The notes under the pieces were generated by a model. The model searched no databases. It was not told where the DNA came from and worked only from the letters and a program-made list of their open reading frames with translations. From a virus (Duplodnaviria > Caudoviricetes), in IMG/VR virus record IMGVR_UViG_3300027779_000028, positions 1,524 through 65,523 of that record: 64,000 bases of DNA. One strand, given 5' to 3'. Made by a program: the position numbers and the translations under genes. Each line of letters opens with the position of its first letter. The stretch's first letter is position 1. Shown one piece after another: positions 29,901 through 39,168 of the stretch.

Positions 29901-31703
29901 TTACGCGAGAGACATCGCGTTACATAGAACGGTCATAGGTAGCGAAGCGGTTACATTGGAGCTAAAGAGCACCTGAACAGTGCTAGTAGTCGGTCTTGTA
30001 ACTCTACAAAATATATTGTTATCGTTGCTATCAAAAACTTGTACAAAGACATCTCTTGTGCCGTAGTTGTGTGTTACAGTATATGTAGCTCCTCCACTTC
30101 CTACAGAAAAAGATGTAGAATAGTCATCATACACCGTCTCAGAGGCTGTATTGAAATCATTAACTTGTGATGAGGCAGGAGTTATATCTGCCGTAATAGA
30201 GATATTGGTATTAGATATACTATCAACAAGACCGAAGTTATCGGTCCCCATAGTAAGAGAAGGCATAGCTGTAGCAGTACCCCCGGAATCGGCTCCACGA
30301 GTTTTAAGGACAGGCTGTCCTTTCGTCATAGTAGTGTCCCACCCGTTTGCATCTAGATATCTTGCTATACCATAAGCAGACTCGGAAGCTTTACCTATAT
30401 TGTTTTGTATCTGAGTCCAATCCGATTGAGAGCTAGGGTCAGTAACGTTAGCATATATAAAGTCTCCTTCGTCTAAAGCAGGACTCCAAGAAAAGGGAGT
30501 TCCATTTCCTGTACCACCTGAAGTAACAGCATAGGCGAAACCTTTTTCTATAGATGTTCCGGTAGGAACACTTTGAGTCCCGTCAGCGGCATAAGAACCT
30601 TGGAAGACAATACTCGTTTGAGCGGCTGTATCTACATAGATTTTATTTACCCACTGCTCGGCTGACCCGGTTCCACTTTGAGCGTAGTCAGCATAAAGTT
30701 TACTTATAACGGGGATATTAACAACACCGAAATTCGCGATACCTGTTACGTCTAAAGTATCTCTGAAAATATGGCTTCCACTAGTAGCTATTATCAAGCC
30801 ATTTATTTGAACAAAACCGGAAGAACTTGTAACGGTTAAAGAATCAACGAGAGATACACTAGCCGGAAGGGAAACATCTATAGTATTGGCACTAGCTCCA
30901 CCTAGAGTAACTTCACTTGCTGTACCTATAAATGTAACAGTTTCCGTAGTAGAGTCACTACCTGTAAGGGTCATTACAGCTCCTGAACTAGTTAAAGAGT
31001 AGGTTGTATTATTAGAAGTGGTAGAAGGAACCGTAATCGTCTGAACATCTATGGCCGAGATATGACCTAAATCTTTAGGAGGTCCGGTATCTTCACTTGT
31101 AACGGTTGAAATAGTAGGGAAGGTACCCCCTTCAGCCAATTGCGTTGGAGTAGTAGTCGTATTACTGCGAGTTATATTCTCATGATTTACTGTAATGGTA
31201 TCTCCCGATGAGGCTACTGCAGATATAAGACCTGTCTCCCCTAGGATTAGAACCGTCTCTCCATCAAGAACTGTTTGTGGGGAATTGTTATCTCCATCTA
31301 ACTCCCATGAAGTCATATTCCCTGTAGGGATACTCCAATTTCCTGCTCCATCTAAAAACTTAGTGCTATCAGAAGAAGCAAGAGTAGGGACAAAACCCTC
31401 TAAAGTGTCTCCTCCATAATAGTGAGCTTTAACAGTAACTACATCGGAAGCGGTAGTAGTAGAAATAGGATTACCCGTAGAAATAGAAGTAGTAGCATCA
31501 AGAAGGACTTGGTCTACATTCCCCGTTCCATCGAGAGTTACCCACCCGGTAGTAGACCCACCATAGAATACAAGTAGGTTGCTAGTAGTATTGAAATATA
31601 TCCTCCCTTGGTATGCGGTAGGGTTTGAGCTTAACCTCTCTAACCTTACATCTTGAAGCTCTTGTTTTTCAGTCCCAACACCGTTGTAAAAATAAATAGC
31701 CAT
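29901..31703 (-). CDS. Fibre-like protein, paralog of 31707-33485
   Basis: Colinear similarity with neighbour (KQELQDV, YQGRI, FQGSY, EKGFAY). Confidence 0.6.
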   Translation of the reverse strand: MAIYFYNGVGTEKQELQDVRLERLSSNPTAYQGRIYFNTTSNLLVFYGGSTTGWVTLDGTGNVDQVLLDATTSISTGNPISTTTASDVVTVKAHYYGGDTLEGFVPTLASSDSTKFLDGAGNWSIPTGNMTSWELDGDNNSPQTVLDGETVLILGETGLISAVASSGDTITVNHENITRSNTTTTPTQLAEGGTFPTISTVTSEDTGPPKDLGHISAIDVQTITVPSTTSNNTTYSLTSSGAVMTLTGSDSTTETVTFIGTASEVTLGGASANTIDVSLPASVSLVDSLTVTSSSGFVQINGLIIATSGSHIFRDTLDVTGIANFGVVNIPVISKLYADYAQSGTGSAEQWVNKIYVDTAAQTSIVFQGSYAADGTQSVPTGTSIEKGFAYAVTSGGTGNGTPFSWSPALDEGDFIYANVTDPSSQSDWTQIQNNIGKASESAYGIARYLDANGWDTTMTKGQPVLKTRGADSGGTATAMPSLTMGTDNFGLVDSISNTNISITADITPASSQVNDFNTASETVYDDYSTSFSVGSGGATYTVTHNYGTRDVFVQVFDSNDNNIFCRVTRPTTSTVQVLFSSNVTASLPMTVLCNAMSLA

Positions 31704-31706
31704 GTT

Positions 31707-33485
31707 TTAAAATATTAATGCTTTAAAAGCGTTAGAAGCAGGAGCAATAGCAAAAGTCACACCTATATTATCATCATCAATTCTATTAATCTGAGGATAT
31801 ACAGTGTCATATGTAGAGGCATTATATACCTGAACAGAAAGGTCAGGGTTATTTAATTGGTGATATAAAGTAACTGTAATAGGACTAGTAGGACTTGCCG
31901 GAATAGGGATAAGCATTGCTTTTCTTAAGGAGTTTACTACCGTTTTTGTAGTAGCCGTAAAGTTACTTACCTGAGAAGCAGGGATATCAATAAGAGTATC
32001 TATAATAGCCGTTACAACACCGAAAGCATTGGTAGTGATAGTAGGGACGTTGTTAGCCGACGTAGTATAACCAATTGTATGGGGAGCAAGTTTAGGCTCT
32101 CCCGCAGTAGTCATAGTAAGTTCAAAACCGTTTCCGTTTGTAAACTTTGCAATTCCGAAAATCGAGTCCGTAGCTTCGACTACGTTGTTCTGTAGAACAG
32201 ACCACTTAACAAGGGTTGAAGCCCCGGATGCCATATCTTCATTAGCGATTAAAAGGTCGCCTATCTCTACATCTTCTCCAAAGAAAGTTCCGGCAGCATC
32301 TACAGTGTAGGCCCATCCTTTTTCTACAACTATACTTGATGCTGAAGTAAGGTCGGGGCTTCCCGGAACAGTACTAGCATCATATGTACCTTGGAAAACA
32401 ACTCCTCCCGTAAGGACATCGTCTACATACGCTTTATTAGCGGCTTGATTAGCGGCTGTAGGGAGAGCAGAAGGGATAACAGGTATCTCAGTAAAAGTAG
32501 CTATTCCCGTTACAGCAAGAGTGCCGCCAAGGGTTGTGCTACTTGTAACGTCTAAAGTGCTACCTAAAGTAGTAGTGCCTCCTACAGTTAAAGAGGTAGC
32601 TATAGTTACAGCGTCCTGTAAACCTAAAGTAATACTTCCGTCATTACCTGTAGATTCACTTACCACAATTCCTGTAGAAGTTCCGCTTACAGTAACTGTA
32701 GAGTTTCCTCCCGCCCCCGTACCTCCTGAGGTAAGGACAATGTCTGCATCATTACCACCTCCCGCACTTACCGGAAGGGTGTACGTAGTATTAATATCTG
32801 TATAGCTAGGTAGGGTATACGTAGCGGTATTAACTGCTGTAACGTGACCCGTAGCGCTCGAAGTTATAGAGGTAAGAGCTGTAAAAGTCCCTCCAAAAGC
32901 AGGAGAGGCAGTACTTGTAGTATCTGTTCTACTTGTATCGTCATGGTTGATAGTAATAGTCCTAGTTGCAGAAGCTACAGTAGTCATCTTAGTTCCACCC
33001 AAAATATCTACGGTCTGACCATCAGCAACGGTTTGGATAGGGCCACTATCTCCATCAATTTTCCAATTTGTCATCCCGCCCGTAGGAGCAGTCCATCCAC
33101 CCGCACCATTAAGGAAGAGAGTAGCCGTTCCTCCACTACCTGAAGGTACAAATCCTACAGAAGTACCACCCGAATATGATAAAGCCTTAATAGTAACAGC
33201 TCCCGTAGTAGGGGTGATAACAAGAGGCTCAGAACCGCTCGAAGCTGTAGGTGAAATAGCACTAACAGAAGTTACAGCTCCCACTCCATCAAGGTTTATC
33301 CAATCCGACCCATCAAAGTATGAAAGGGTACCCGCTAAAGTAGGATTAGAAGAATCTTTAGTGAAGATAATTCTACCTTGATACGAGTCTGCTCCGGCTA
33401 CGGGGTTGGAAGGAAGTTTTTGTAAACTAACGTCTTGGATTTCTTGCTTGTCAAGAGAGATGGAGTCGTAAAATAATATAGCCAT
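31707..33485 (-). CDS. Fibre-like protein, paralog of 29901-31703
   Basis: Thr/Gly/Ser-rich; AANKAYVD fibre motif; KQEIQDV, YQGRI, FQGTY, EKGWAY. Confidence 0.6.
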   Translation of the reverse strand: MAILFYDSISLDKQEIQDVSLQKLPSNPVAGADSYQGRIIFTKDSSNPTLAGTLSYFDGSDWINLDGVGAVTSVSAISPTASSGSEPLVITPTTGAVTIKALSYSGGTSVGFVPSGSGGTATLFLNGAGGWTAPTGGMTNWKIDGDSGPIQTVADGQTVDILGGTKMTTVASATRTITINHDDTSRTDTTSTASPAFGGTFTALTSITSSATGHVTAVNTATYTLPSYTDINTTYTLPVSAGGGNDADIVLTSGGTGAGGNSTVTVSGTSTGIVVSESTGNDGSITLGLQDAVTIATSLTVGGTTTLGSTLDVTSSTTLGGTLAVTGIATFTEIPVIPSALPTAANQAANKAYVDDVLTGGVVFQGTYDASTVPGSPDLTSASSIVVEKGWAYTVDAAGTFFGEDVEIGDLLIANEDMASGASTLVKWSVLQNNVVEATDSIFGIAKFTNGNGFELTMTTAGEPKLAPHTIGYTTSANNVPTITTNAFGVVTAIIDTLIDIPASQVSNFTATTKTVVNSLRKAMLIPIPASPTSPITVTLYHQLNNPDLSVQVYNASTYDTVYPQINRIDDDNIGVTFAIAPASNAFKALIF

Positions 33486-33491
33486 AATGTT

Positions 33492-34217
33492 TTAATTAAA
33501 GAATGCTTGCCCCTCTATAGGAGTCGAGAATGTGATTGTTACTGTGTTTAAACTTGTGTATTCGATATTCGGATATATGATATCATCTGTATCACTTACT
33601 ACATCTACTGCACAGAGCTTGTTTAATCCGTGAGTAACTTGCCACGTATTACTTGCTCCGACCTGTGTGTAGACGAAATTTTTATCGCTCGTTAAATTAG
33701 TATCGTATGTGAGGATACTAATGAAGTAATCTTTCTTGTCCTCGAAAAATCCGGGACCCGAAACATACTGAAGAGTGATATCATAAAAAGTGGTACTAAT
33801 ACCATCTTGGATAGAGTTAACCCATTTAAAAGCTCCCCAATTAGAAATCTTATCGCATTGGGAAATCATAACCATAGACCCTATAAGAGGATTGGTATAG
33901 AAATTTGCAAGAGAGTCTAAGTCACGCTGCAATTGAGTCTGACTTATCTTAAAAGAAGTTACCGTACTAAAATTTGTATTCCCGCCTATATAGCTAGAGA
34001 AACTAATAGTACCCGGCTCCATAGAAGGATGGACGTTATAGTCACGGTATTCATACCGCAAAGAGGTAGACTCAACTTTGTTATATCCGTTTATAAACTC
34101 CGCTACCGCATTAGCGGTGAAATTTTTTGTGGCAAAGAGCTGTTGGGAATCACTTCCTATCCACTTATCGGTACCTACGACAGCGGTGTCTAATGGATAT
34201 GTGCTTATTCTTGCCAT
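33492..34217 (-). CDS. Virion fibre/adaptor protein (start MARISTYP at 34217)
   Basis: N-terminus shared with 25792-26994; C-terminal WQVTHGL...NTVTITFS domain; TATCTTTG at 34222-34229. Confidence 0.55.
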   Translation of the reverse strand: MARISTYPLDTAVVGTDKWIGSDSQQLFATKNFTANAVAEFINGYNKVESTSLRYEYRDYNVHPSMEPGTISFSSYIGGNTNFSTVTSFKISQTQLQRDLDSLANFYTNPLIGSMVMISQCDKISNWGAFKWVNSIQDGISTTFYDITLQYVSGPGFFEDKKDYFISILTYDTNLTSDKNFVYTQVGASNTWQVTHGLNKLCAVDVVSDTDDIIYPNIEYTSLNTVTITFSTPIEGQAFFN

Positions 34218-34345
34218 AGGCCAAAGATACAAGAAAAAAACTTATCTAGTTTTCTATGTATATATACTCGATAGAGATATTAAAAGAAACGGTGGTGTTC
34301 CAATCAGGGCGTGTAATCATGATACAGAAATTCCTATAGAGATAG

Positions 34346-35731
34346 TTACCATAGCGCAACGACATTAGTAGCTAGGACATCCGTGCCTGTAGCCCATACT
34401 CGTAAACACTGTACCGGAAGGAAAGTACCTAGAGGATAGTTATTGAATGAGATATCATTACCTGCAGCTGTAGTAACTTTAATAGTAAGGTTTGTTTCTG
34501 CAGAGGCATCGTCAGCGGCAACGTAGACTACGAAAGCCTCCGTATCAGTGTTCATCTGAGCAGCGTTGCCGTATGCTTTAAACTTAACGCCTGCACTAGG
34601 GAAAACATTTGAACCAAAGGTCAATTGAGTTTGTGAAACTGCAGTTACCGCAGTTAAAGTATTAGTGGCTTCATTAAGGACTAGCCCACCTATAGAGACT
34701 TTATCTCGGAAACCTTGACCTGTATATGTGTTGTAGGCTTGAGGCGTGCTCGTAAATATATTGTCTGCAATAACAAGAGTAGTAGAGCTGCTCACAGATA
34801 GGACAGTAGTAAGTGCGTCTGTAGTTGAATTATATACAGTATCACCCGCCATCACAGCAGGAGATGTAGTAAAGGTAGCTGCAGCGTCATATAGCGTATC
34901 GTCATCATTAATCTGATAAGCGTCAGCTATATTTTGAAAGATATTGGTTTGAAGTACAAGAGTAGTAAGATTCGTAACAGATACAACTACAGATTCAGTA
35001 GAATCAGTAGTGTTATACACTATATCTCCTGCAGCAATTCCGTCTGTAATAAAGTCAGCTGAAGAATCATATAAAGTCTTCGATGTACGGACCTCATAGG
35101 TTTCTATATCAGAAGAAAAAATCTCAGATAATAATCTAATATTCTGAGCATCAATAACATTTAAAACTTGAGACTGAGTAGAATCAGTGGTGTTATATAC
35201 TATATCTCCTATAATAACAGCGGGGGCAGAGACAAAATCAGCAGCTACGTCATATAAAGTATTCTTTTCATAGATAGTATAGTTTTGTCCTACAACAGGC
35301 ATTATATCTGTATCGAGAGTAAGGACTGTTGTCGAAACGATAACAGTAACTAAAGCAGTAGCGTTAGTGGCAGAGTTACGTACAGTATCCCCTACATTTA
35401 CTGCAGGTGACGCAGAGAAATCAGCAAGACTGTCCTCTAACTTAAATGCTGCAGCTACACCATCAGTTGCACCTGTTGAACGTGTTGTTAGAACGCCAAG
35501 AGTGCCACTTGAACGAAGAAAAGTAGTTCCATTACCTGTTGTAGCCGATAAAGTAGTTCCATTACCTGATTTATTCAGGGTAGCTACACCTAGGTCCGTA
35601 AGTTTATTACTCCCGACAGGTAGAGCGCTAACTCCCGATACATTAGAAGGACGGCTAGGGTTGATAGGGTTGATGGTATCTGAAAGGATAACATCAGCTG
35701 CCTGCGTGGGTTGTAATTTTTGATATGCCAT
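34346..35731 (-). CDS. Virion structural protein with about five ~60-aa tandem repeats
   Basis: Repeat TLYD.AADF...V.GD.VYNTTDST...V..V...T.L.L...IF; C-terminal GTFLPVQCLRVW. Confidence 0.6.
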   Translation of the reverse strand: MAYQKLQPTQAADVILSDTINPINPSRPSNVSGVSALPVGSNKLTDLGVATLNKSGNGTTLSATTGNGTTFLRSSGTLGVLTTRSTGATDGVAAAFKLEDSLADFSASPAVNVGDTVRNSATNATALVTVIVSTTVLTLDTDIMPVVGQNYTIYEKNTLYDVAADFVSAPAVIIGDIVYNTTDSTQSQVLNVIDAQNIRLLSEIFSSDIETYEVRTSKTLYDSSADFITDGIAAGDIVYNTTDSTESVVVSVTNLTTLVLQTNIFQNIADAYQINDDDTLYDAAATFTTSPAVMAGDTVYNSTTDALTTVLSVSSSTTLVIADNIFTSTPQAYNTYTGQGFRDKVSIGGLVLNEATNTLTAVTAVSQTQLTFGSNVFPSAGVKFKAYGNAAQMNTDTEAFVVYVAADDASAETNLTIKVTTAAGNDISFNNYPLGTFLPVQCLRVWATGTDVLATNVVALW

Positions 35732-35744
35732 TTTAATTTTTTTA

Positions 35745-36329
35745 TTACCAACCTGATGTTAAGGTTGCTCTATTCCAATTTGCTGCTCCATCGGCACCTG
35801 TCAATGTACATATATAAACAAAAAGTTCTGTCCAACGTATCTCACCGAGAGTACCCGCAGAATCATTTGCAGCAGGAGCTGTGTTTAAAGCAGCTAAGTC
35901 CATTTGACCTGTAACCAAGACACCATTACTTTTAGTTCGAATCATTTCGCCCTCAACCTTGTGATAAAGTGCGACATGGTTTTCGTTAACTTGAATCTGA
36001 ACGTTACCGTTTGTCTGAACTTGAAAGTTTTCAGTAGAGTTAAACCCAAAGTAAGTATTCTCATCTCCCGTATGAACAATGTAGTCAGGGATAAATAAAC
36101 TAATCCCGTTAGTCGTAATGTTTGGGTTACCCTCAATATTATTAGCCGTAGCTGCACCAAATGCAATTTGACCTGCTGTGATAGACCCACCTATACTACC
36201 TATAGTAGATTGGATGTCATCTATAGTAAATATAGTACGGTCAGCGTTAGCTGAAGCCGAGCCACGGTTCATAGTGTCTACGTCAGCAGCTATGGTGTGG
36301 AACTTTTGTCCGGAAGGTATAGTAGCCAT
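35745..36329 (-). CDS. Putative virion structural protein
   Basis: Fibre-like motifs (HTGDENTYFGF; APAANDSAGTLGEIRW...YIC...NW). Confidence 0.5.
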   Translation of the reverse strand: MATIPSGQKFHTIAADVDTMNRGSASANADRTIFTIDDIQSTIGSIGGSITAGQIAFGAATANNIEGNPNITTNGISLFIPDYIVHTGDENTYFGFNSTENFQVQTNGNVQIQVNENHVALYHKVEGEMIRTKSNGVLVTGQMDLAALNTAPAANDSAGTLGEIRWTELFVYICTLTGADGAANWNRATLTSGW

Positions 36330-36481
36330 TAGTTATATGGGAATTTAATATTTAGAGAGTCACGCTTATCAGAACACCCACAGTCTTTTTCTAAGACTTT
36401 AGATACCTTATCCACTACAGACTTTATGCCCGTAGCAGTGGTAATCTTTTCTATGGTATCTCCTAACCCTCGTGAGCTCAT
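36329..36481 (-). CDS. Small conserved phage protein (50 aa, GLGDTIEKIT...DCGC family)
   Basis: Below ORF-track cutoff; MSSRGLGDTIEKITTATGIKSVVDKVSKVLEKDCGCSDKRDSLNIKFPYN; coupled overlaps on both sides. Confidence 0.7.
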   Translation of the reverse strand: MSSRGLGDTIEKITTATGIKSVVDKVSKVLEKDCGCSDKRDSLNIKFPYN

Positions 36482-36639
36482 TTTTTCTTTGCTTTACCCT
36501 TAACCTTCTTTAGGTTGGGATTTTTTCTTTTTGCCGAAGCAGAAGCTTTCCGAGACGCAGAAGCTAAGATAGCGCCTGCAGCTTTTTTGCTATAGCCACC
36601 TTTCTTGGCGATTTTATTTGCGACGGATTTAAAGCTCAT
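36478..36639 (-). CDS. Small very basic protein (53 aa)
   Basis: Below cutoff; MSFKSVANKIAKKGGYSKKAAGAILASASRKASASAKRKNPNLKKVKGKAKKK; ATGA overlaps. Confidence 0.65.
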   Translation of the reverse strand: MSFKSVANKIAKKGGYSKKAAGAILASASRKASASAKRKNPNLKKVKGKAKKK

Positions 36640-36956
36640 TTTTTAATTTTTTTCTTTTTTTCTTTAAACTTTTGGCGTGCTTCACCTACAGCAATCCTGT
36701 CAGAAGCTTTCATGAATCTTTTCTGTGATATAGCTTTGGTTTTTACCTTCTGCGATACCGTATTTCCACCATGCTTATTTCTTCTAATTCGAGTTACCGT
36801 TGTAGTTTTTTTGGCAGGAGACCCTCCCCCCGGTGAAGAGAAAGTTGTGGCGCGATTTCGACCCGCTTTAGATGCGGTTCCTTTATTTGCGTTAGTCGAT
36901 TTCCTTACTTTAGGGTCTCCGTAAGAAGGAGCTAGTGGCTTAGATAAATCTCTCAT
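36636..36956 (-). CDS. Basic protein with MRDLSKPLAPSYGDP leader (start re-assigned)
   Basis: Leader shared with two upstream ORFs; K/R-rich. Confidence 0.6.
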   Translation of the reverse strand: MRDLSKPLAPSYGDPKVRKSTNANKGTASKAGRNRATTFSSPGGGSPAKKTTTVTRIRRNKHGGNTVSQKVKTKAISQKRFMKASDRIAVGEARQKFKEKKKKIKK

Positions 36957-36957
36957 T

Positions 36958-37221
36958 TTAATATTGGTATGGACCCGGCTTAGGGTTGCGTTGTTTTGAT
37001 TTTGCTTGGTTATTAAGAACTTTATCTCTTGCATCTGACCGTCTTTTAACCATAGGTGATGTCTTACCCACCATATTGTATATTAAAGAGTCTGTAGCCA
37101 TTATTGCAGGTCGAAAAGGTTTCTGAATATCCTTCATGAATTTCTTAACCTTAGCAGGACCCGAAGTCTTCTTAACGGGGTCACCGTAAGTAGATGCAAG
37201 TGGCTTTGATAAATCTCTCAT
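36958..37221 (-). CDS. Basic protein with MRDLSKPLASTYGDP leader
   Basis: Shared leader; K/R-rich. Confidence 0.6.
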   Translation of the reverse strand: MRDLSKPLASTYGDPVKKTSGPAKVKKFMKDIQKPFRPAIMATDSLIYNMVGKTSPMVKRRSDARDKVLNNQAKSKQRNPKPGPYQY

Positions 37222-37532
37222 TTTTTAATTTTTGGGGAATTGAAACTATAGGATATTTTCTTTGTTTTTTTAGTCTTCATAAAAGGCTCCTTGACTGTTG
37301 TTGTTGTTGTTTTTTTCCGCACCCCATGAAGTCCATAAGTAGACTTTCTCTCCTCTTTTGTTGTCTTCCTTGAAGAACCTTTTCTAGGAAGAGGATTAGC
37401 GATTTCTTTAACCTTCTTTCTCTCTATCGGAGAAACACTAGCTCTAACATCATACCCTGCTTTTTTATGTACTCTCCTTTCTTTCCGTTTTGGAAATGTA
37501 GGCGCTAGTGGATTTGATAAATCTCGTTTCAT
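37218..37532 (-). CDS. Basic protein with MKRDLSNPLAPTF leader
   Basis: Shared leader; K/R-rich; TATATTTG at 37537-37544. Confidence 0.6.
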   Translation of the reverse strand: MKRDLSNPLAPTFPKRKERRVHKKAGYDVRASVSPIERKKVKEIANPLPRKGSSRKTTKEERKSTYGLHGVRKKTTTTTVKEPFMKTKKTKKISYSFNSPKIKK

Positions 37533-37561
37533 GTTACAAATATAGGTATATAAAGTTTAGG

Positions 37562-37834
37562 TTATTTCTTAGACTTGGCTCCCACACATTTCCACCTCTT
37601 GCGAGATAAGTTATTGGGAGTGTTAGGATTGCTTTGTTTCTTCTTAGATAATCTCCTCTTGATTCCTAAGCTACGAGCACAGTAACTGTCACCCTTAGAA
37701 GTGCCCGGTCTGACTCGTGGACCGCCACCCTTAGCTTTGCCCGCCTGTCCATAGCTTACCTTCTTTCCGCTAGCGGTAACCTTTACTTTGGCTTTACCCT
37801 TCCTAGGTCTAGACATTCTTGTTTTAAGAGCCAT
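37562..37834 (-). CDS. Basic conserved phage protein
   Basis: VSYGQAG...GDSYCARS...SRKRWKC motif seen in many aquatic phages. Confidence 0.65.
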   Translation of the reverse strand: MALKTRMSRPRKGKAKVKVTASGKKVSYGQAGKAKGGGPRVRPGTSKGDSYCARSLGIKRRLSKKKQSNPNTPNNLSRKRWKCVGAKSKK

Positions 37835-37836
37835 AG

Positions 37837-38085
37837 CTATTTAGAGTCAGCTACAGAGATAGTGCCGCTAGCACTGAAAGTGTATACTTGGGTAGATTCT
37901 TTGAAAGTAGTAGTGCCCGCTTCCATACATGCCGACTTGTCATCACCCTTAATGCCTTGAGAAAATAAATCTTTGCCAACAGAGATTTTAGCATCCTTGA
38001 GAGACTTAGAAGAAGATGTACATGCAACACCGACTTGGGTGAATGTCTGCGGAACTTTCTTTTTTGCTTTAGTTTTCTTAGCCAT
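37837..38085 (-). CDS. Hypothetical protein with basic N-terminus
   Basis: Tiles between neighbours without overlap. Confidence 0.5.
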   Translation of the reverse strand: MAKKTKAKKKVPQTFTQVGVACTSSSKSLKDAKISVGKDLFSQGIKGDDKSACMEAGTTTFKESTQVYTFSASGTISVADSK

Positions 38086-38088
38086 AGT

Positions 38089-38307
38089 TTATTTCTTTTT
38101 ACGGCCAAAGCCCTGTAAGCCTTGAAGCCCCACAACACTGCTGTCAGCAGCTTTACGCTTACTGCGGCGAGCAATAGCCCTGTCGCTACGCATCTTCGTG
38201 ATAGCAGCTTTACGTGTTGCAGTACGAGTTTTACTCGCTAGAACGATATCTGCCAAGACCTTGTCTAAAGGGGTAGATGGTTTTTTTTGCTTTTTTTCGT
38301 CAGCCAT
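38089..38307 (-). CDS. Small basic protein
   Basis: K/R-rich; TAACTTTG element 20 nt upstream. Confidence 0.55.
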   Translation of the reverse strand: MADEKKQKKPSTPLDKVLADIVLASKTRTATRKAAITKMRSDRAIARRSKRKAADSSVVGLQGLQGFGRKKK

Positions 38308-38318
38308 GGTAATGTGTT

Positions 38319-38335
38319 TAACTTTGTCAAAGTTA
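38319..38335. promoter_or_regulatory. Bidirectional promoter: palindrome TAACTTTG-T-CAAAGTTA made of two opposed -7 elements
   Basis: Perfect TAnnTTTG on both strands between divergent ORFs 38307(-) and 38353(+). Confidence 0.6.
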
Positions 38336-38352
38336 CAATAAAAAAAATCAAA

Positions 38353-38793
38353 TTGAATTTACCACACGATTACCTCAAGTTTTGGAGAGTGATACGATAC
38401 TTTATAAAAGCAAAGTACGGACTCTCACAGTCAGACCTAGACGCTCTGCTATTCTTATACACAGAATCATATTTCGATAAAGCAAAGTTTAAAGAGTTCG
38501 ATAGGCTCGTTAGTTGGGACCTAAATAGGTTTAATAGGCTCCTGAGAGATGGTTGGATAGATGTTTTCAGAAAAGGAAGTGGAAAGAGAAGGACTTTGTA
38601 CGAGATATCGTACAAAGGAAAACGAGTCGTAAATTCTATATACAAAAAATTGAGTGGAGAGGAAATCCCTACCACCCAATCTTCTAATCCTTTATTCGCA
38701 AAAAATGTCTCATATACTGACCGGATGTACCGACAGATGATAGAGGAGATGAATGCCGCTACACGACAACAACGACATCAGGCTCCCGAATAA
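38353..38793 (+). CDS. MarR-like winged helix-turn-helix regulator (probable TTG start 38353)
   Basis: YGLSQSDLDALLFL...FNRLLRDGWI...RRTLYEISYKGK wHTH pattern; the only credible plus-strand gene in the late region. Confidence 0.6.
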   Translation: MNLPHDYLKFWRVIRYFIKAKYGLSQSDLDALLFLYTESYFDKAKFKEFDRLVSWDLNRFNRLLRDGWIDVFRKGSGKRRTLYEISYKGKRVVNSIYKKLSGEEIPTTQSSNPLFAKNVSYTDRMYRQMIEEMNAATRQQRHQAPE

Positions 38794-39016
38794 TCGTAAT
38801 GACTTTTTCAGCAATCATCATAGTGTGACCCGCTCCCCTGTCGTAGAAGATAACGTCACCCGCTTTAATCTGTGTTACCTCCGTTCCCGGAGCTATAACC
38901 GTTCCCTTCCTATATCGGAAGTCTCCAACATCTTGTGCCGAGAGAACTAACCCACCCGAAGTTTTTATCTCCTCCGCAATAGGTTCGATAGCTATATATT
39001 TTCCTATAGGTTTCAT
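38759..39016 (-). CDS. groS: Co-chaperonin GroES
   Basis: MKPIGKYIAIEP...KTSGGLVL...GTVIAPG...IKAGDVIFY...IIREPDVV. Confidence 0.85.
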   Translation of the reverse strand: MKPIGKYIAIEPIAEEIKTSGGLVLSAQDVGDFRYRKGTVIAPGTEVTQIKAGDVIFYDRGAGHTMMIAEKVITIIREPDVVVVV

Positions 39017-39168
39017 ATCTTAGTATAAGTTATTACTGTTTCAAGTTTACAATCTTCATTAGGACACGCTAGGTTAGAGACGATACCATCCTCATCATCA
39101 ATCCCATAATCCTCATACGAATGGTCGCCACCCCATATCATCTCTTTATCGCAAGAAGGGCACCTCAT
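39013..39168 (-). CDS. Small zinc-ribbon protein (51 aa)
   Basis: Below cutoff; MRCPSCDKEMIWGGDHSYEDYGIDDEDGIVSNLACPNEDC; ATGA overlaps with groL and groS. Confidence 0.7.
   Translation of the reverse strand: MRCPSCDKEMIWGGDHSYEDYGIDDEDGIVSNLACPNEDCKLETVITYTKI

Noticed and set aside
133-36924. Many short plus-strand ORFs in the late region
   Set aside because: They are antisense shadows of long minus-strand genes with no initiation signals
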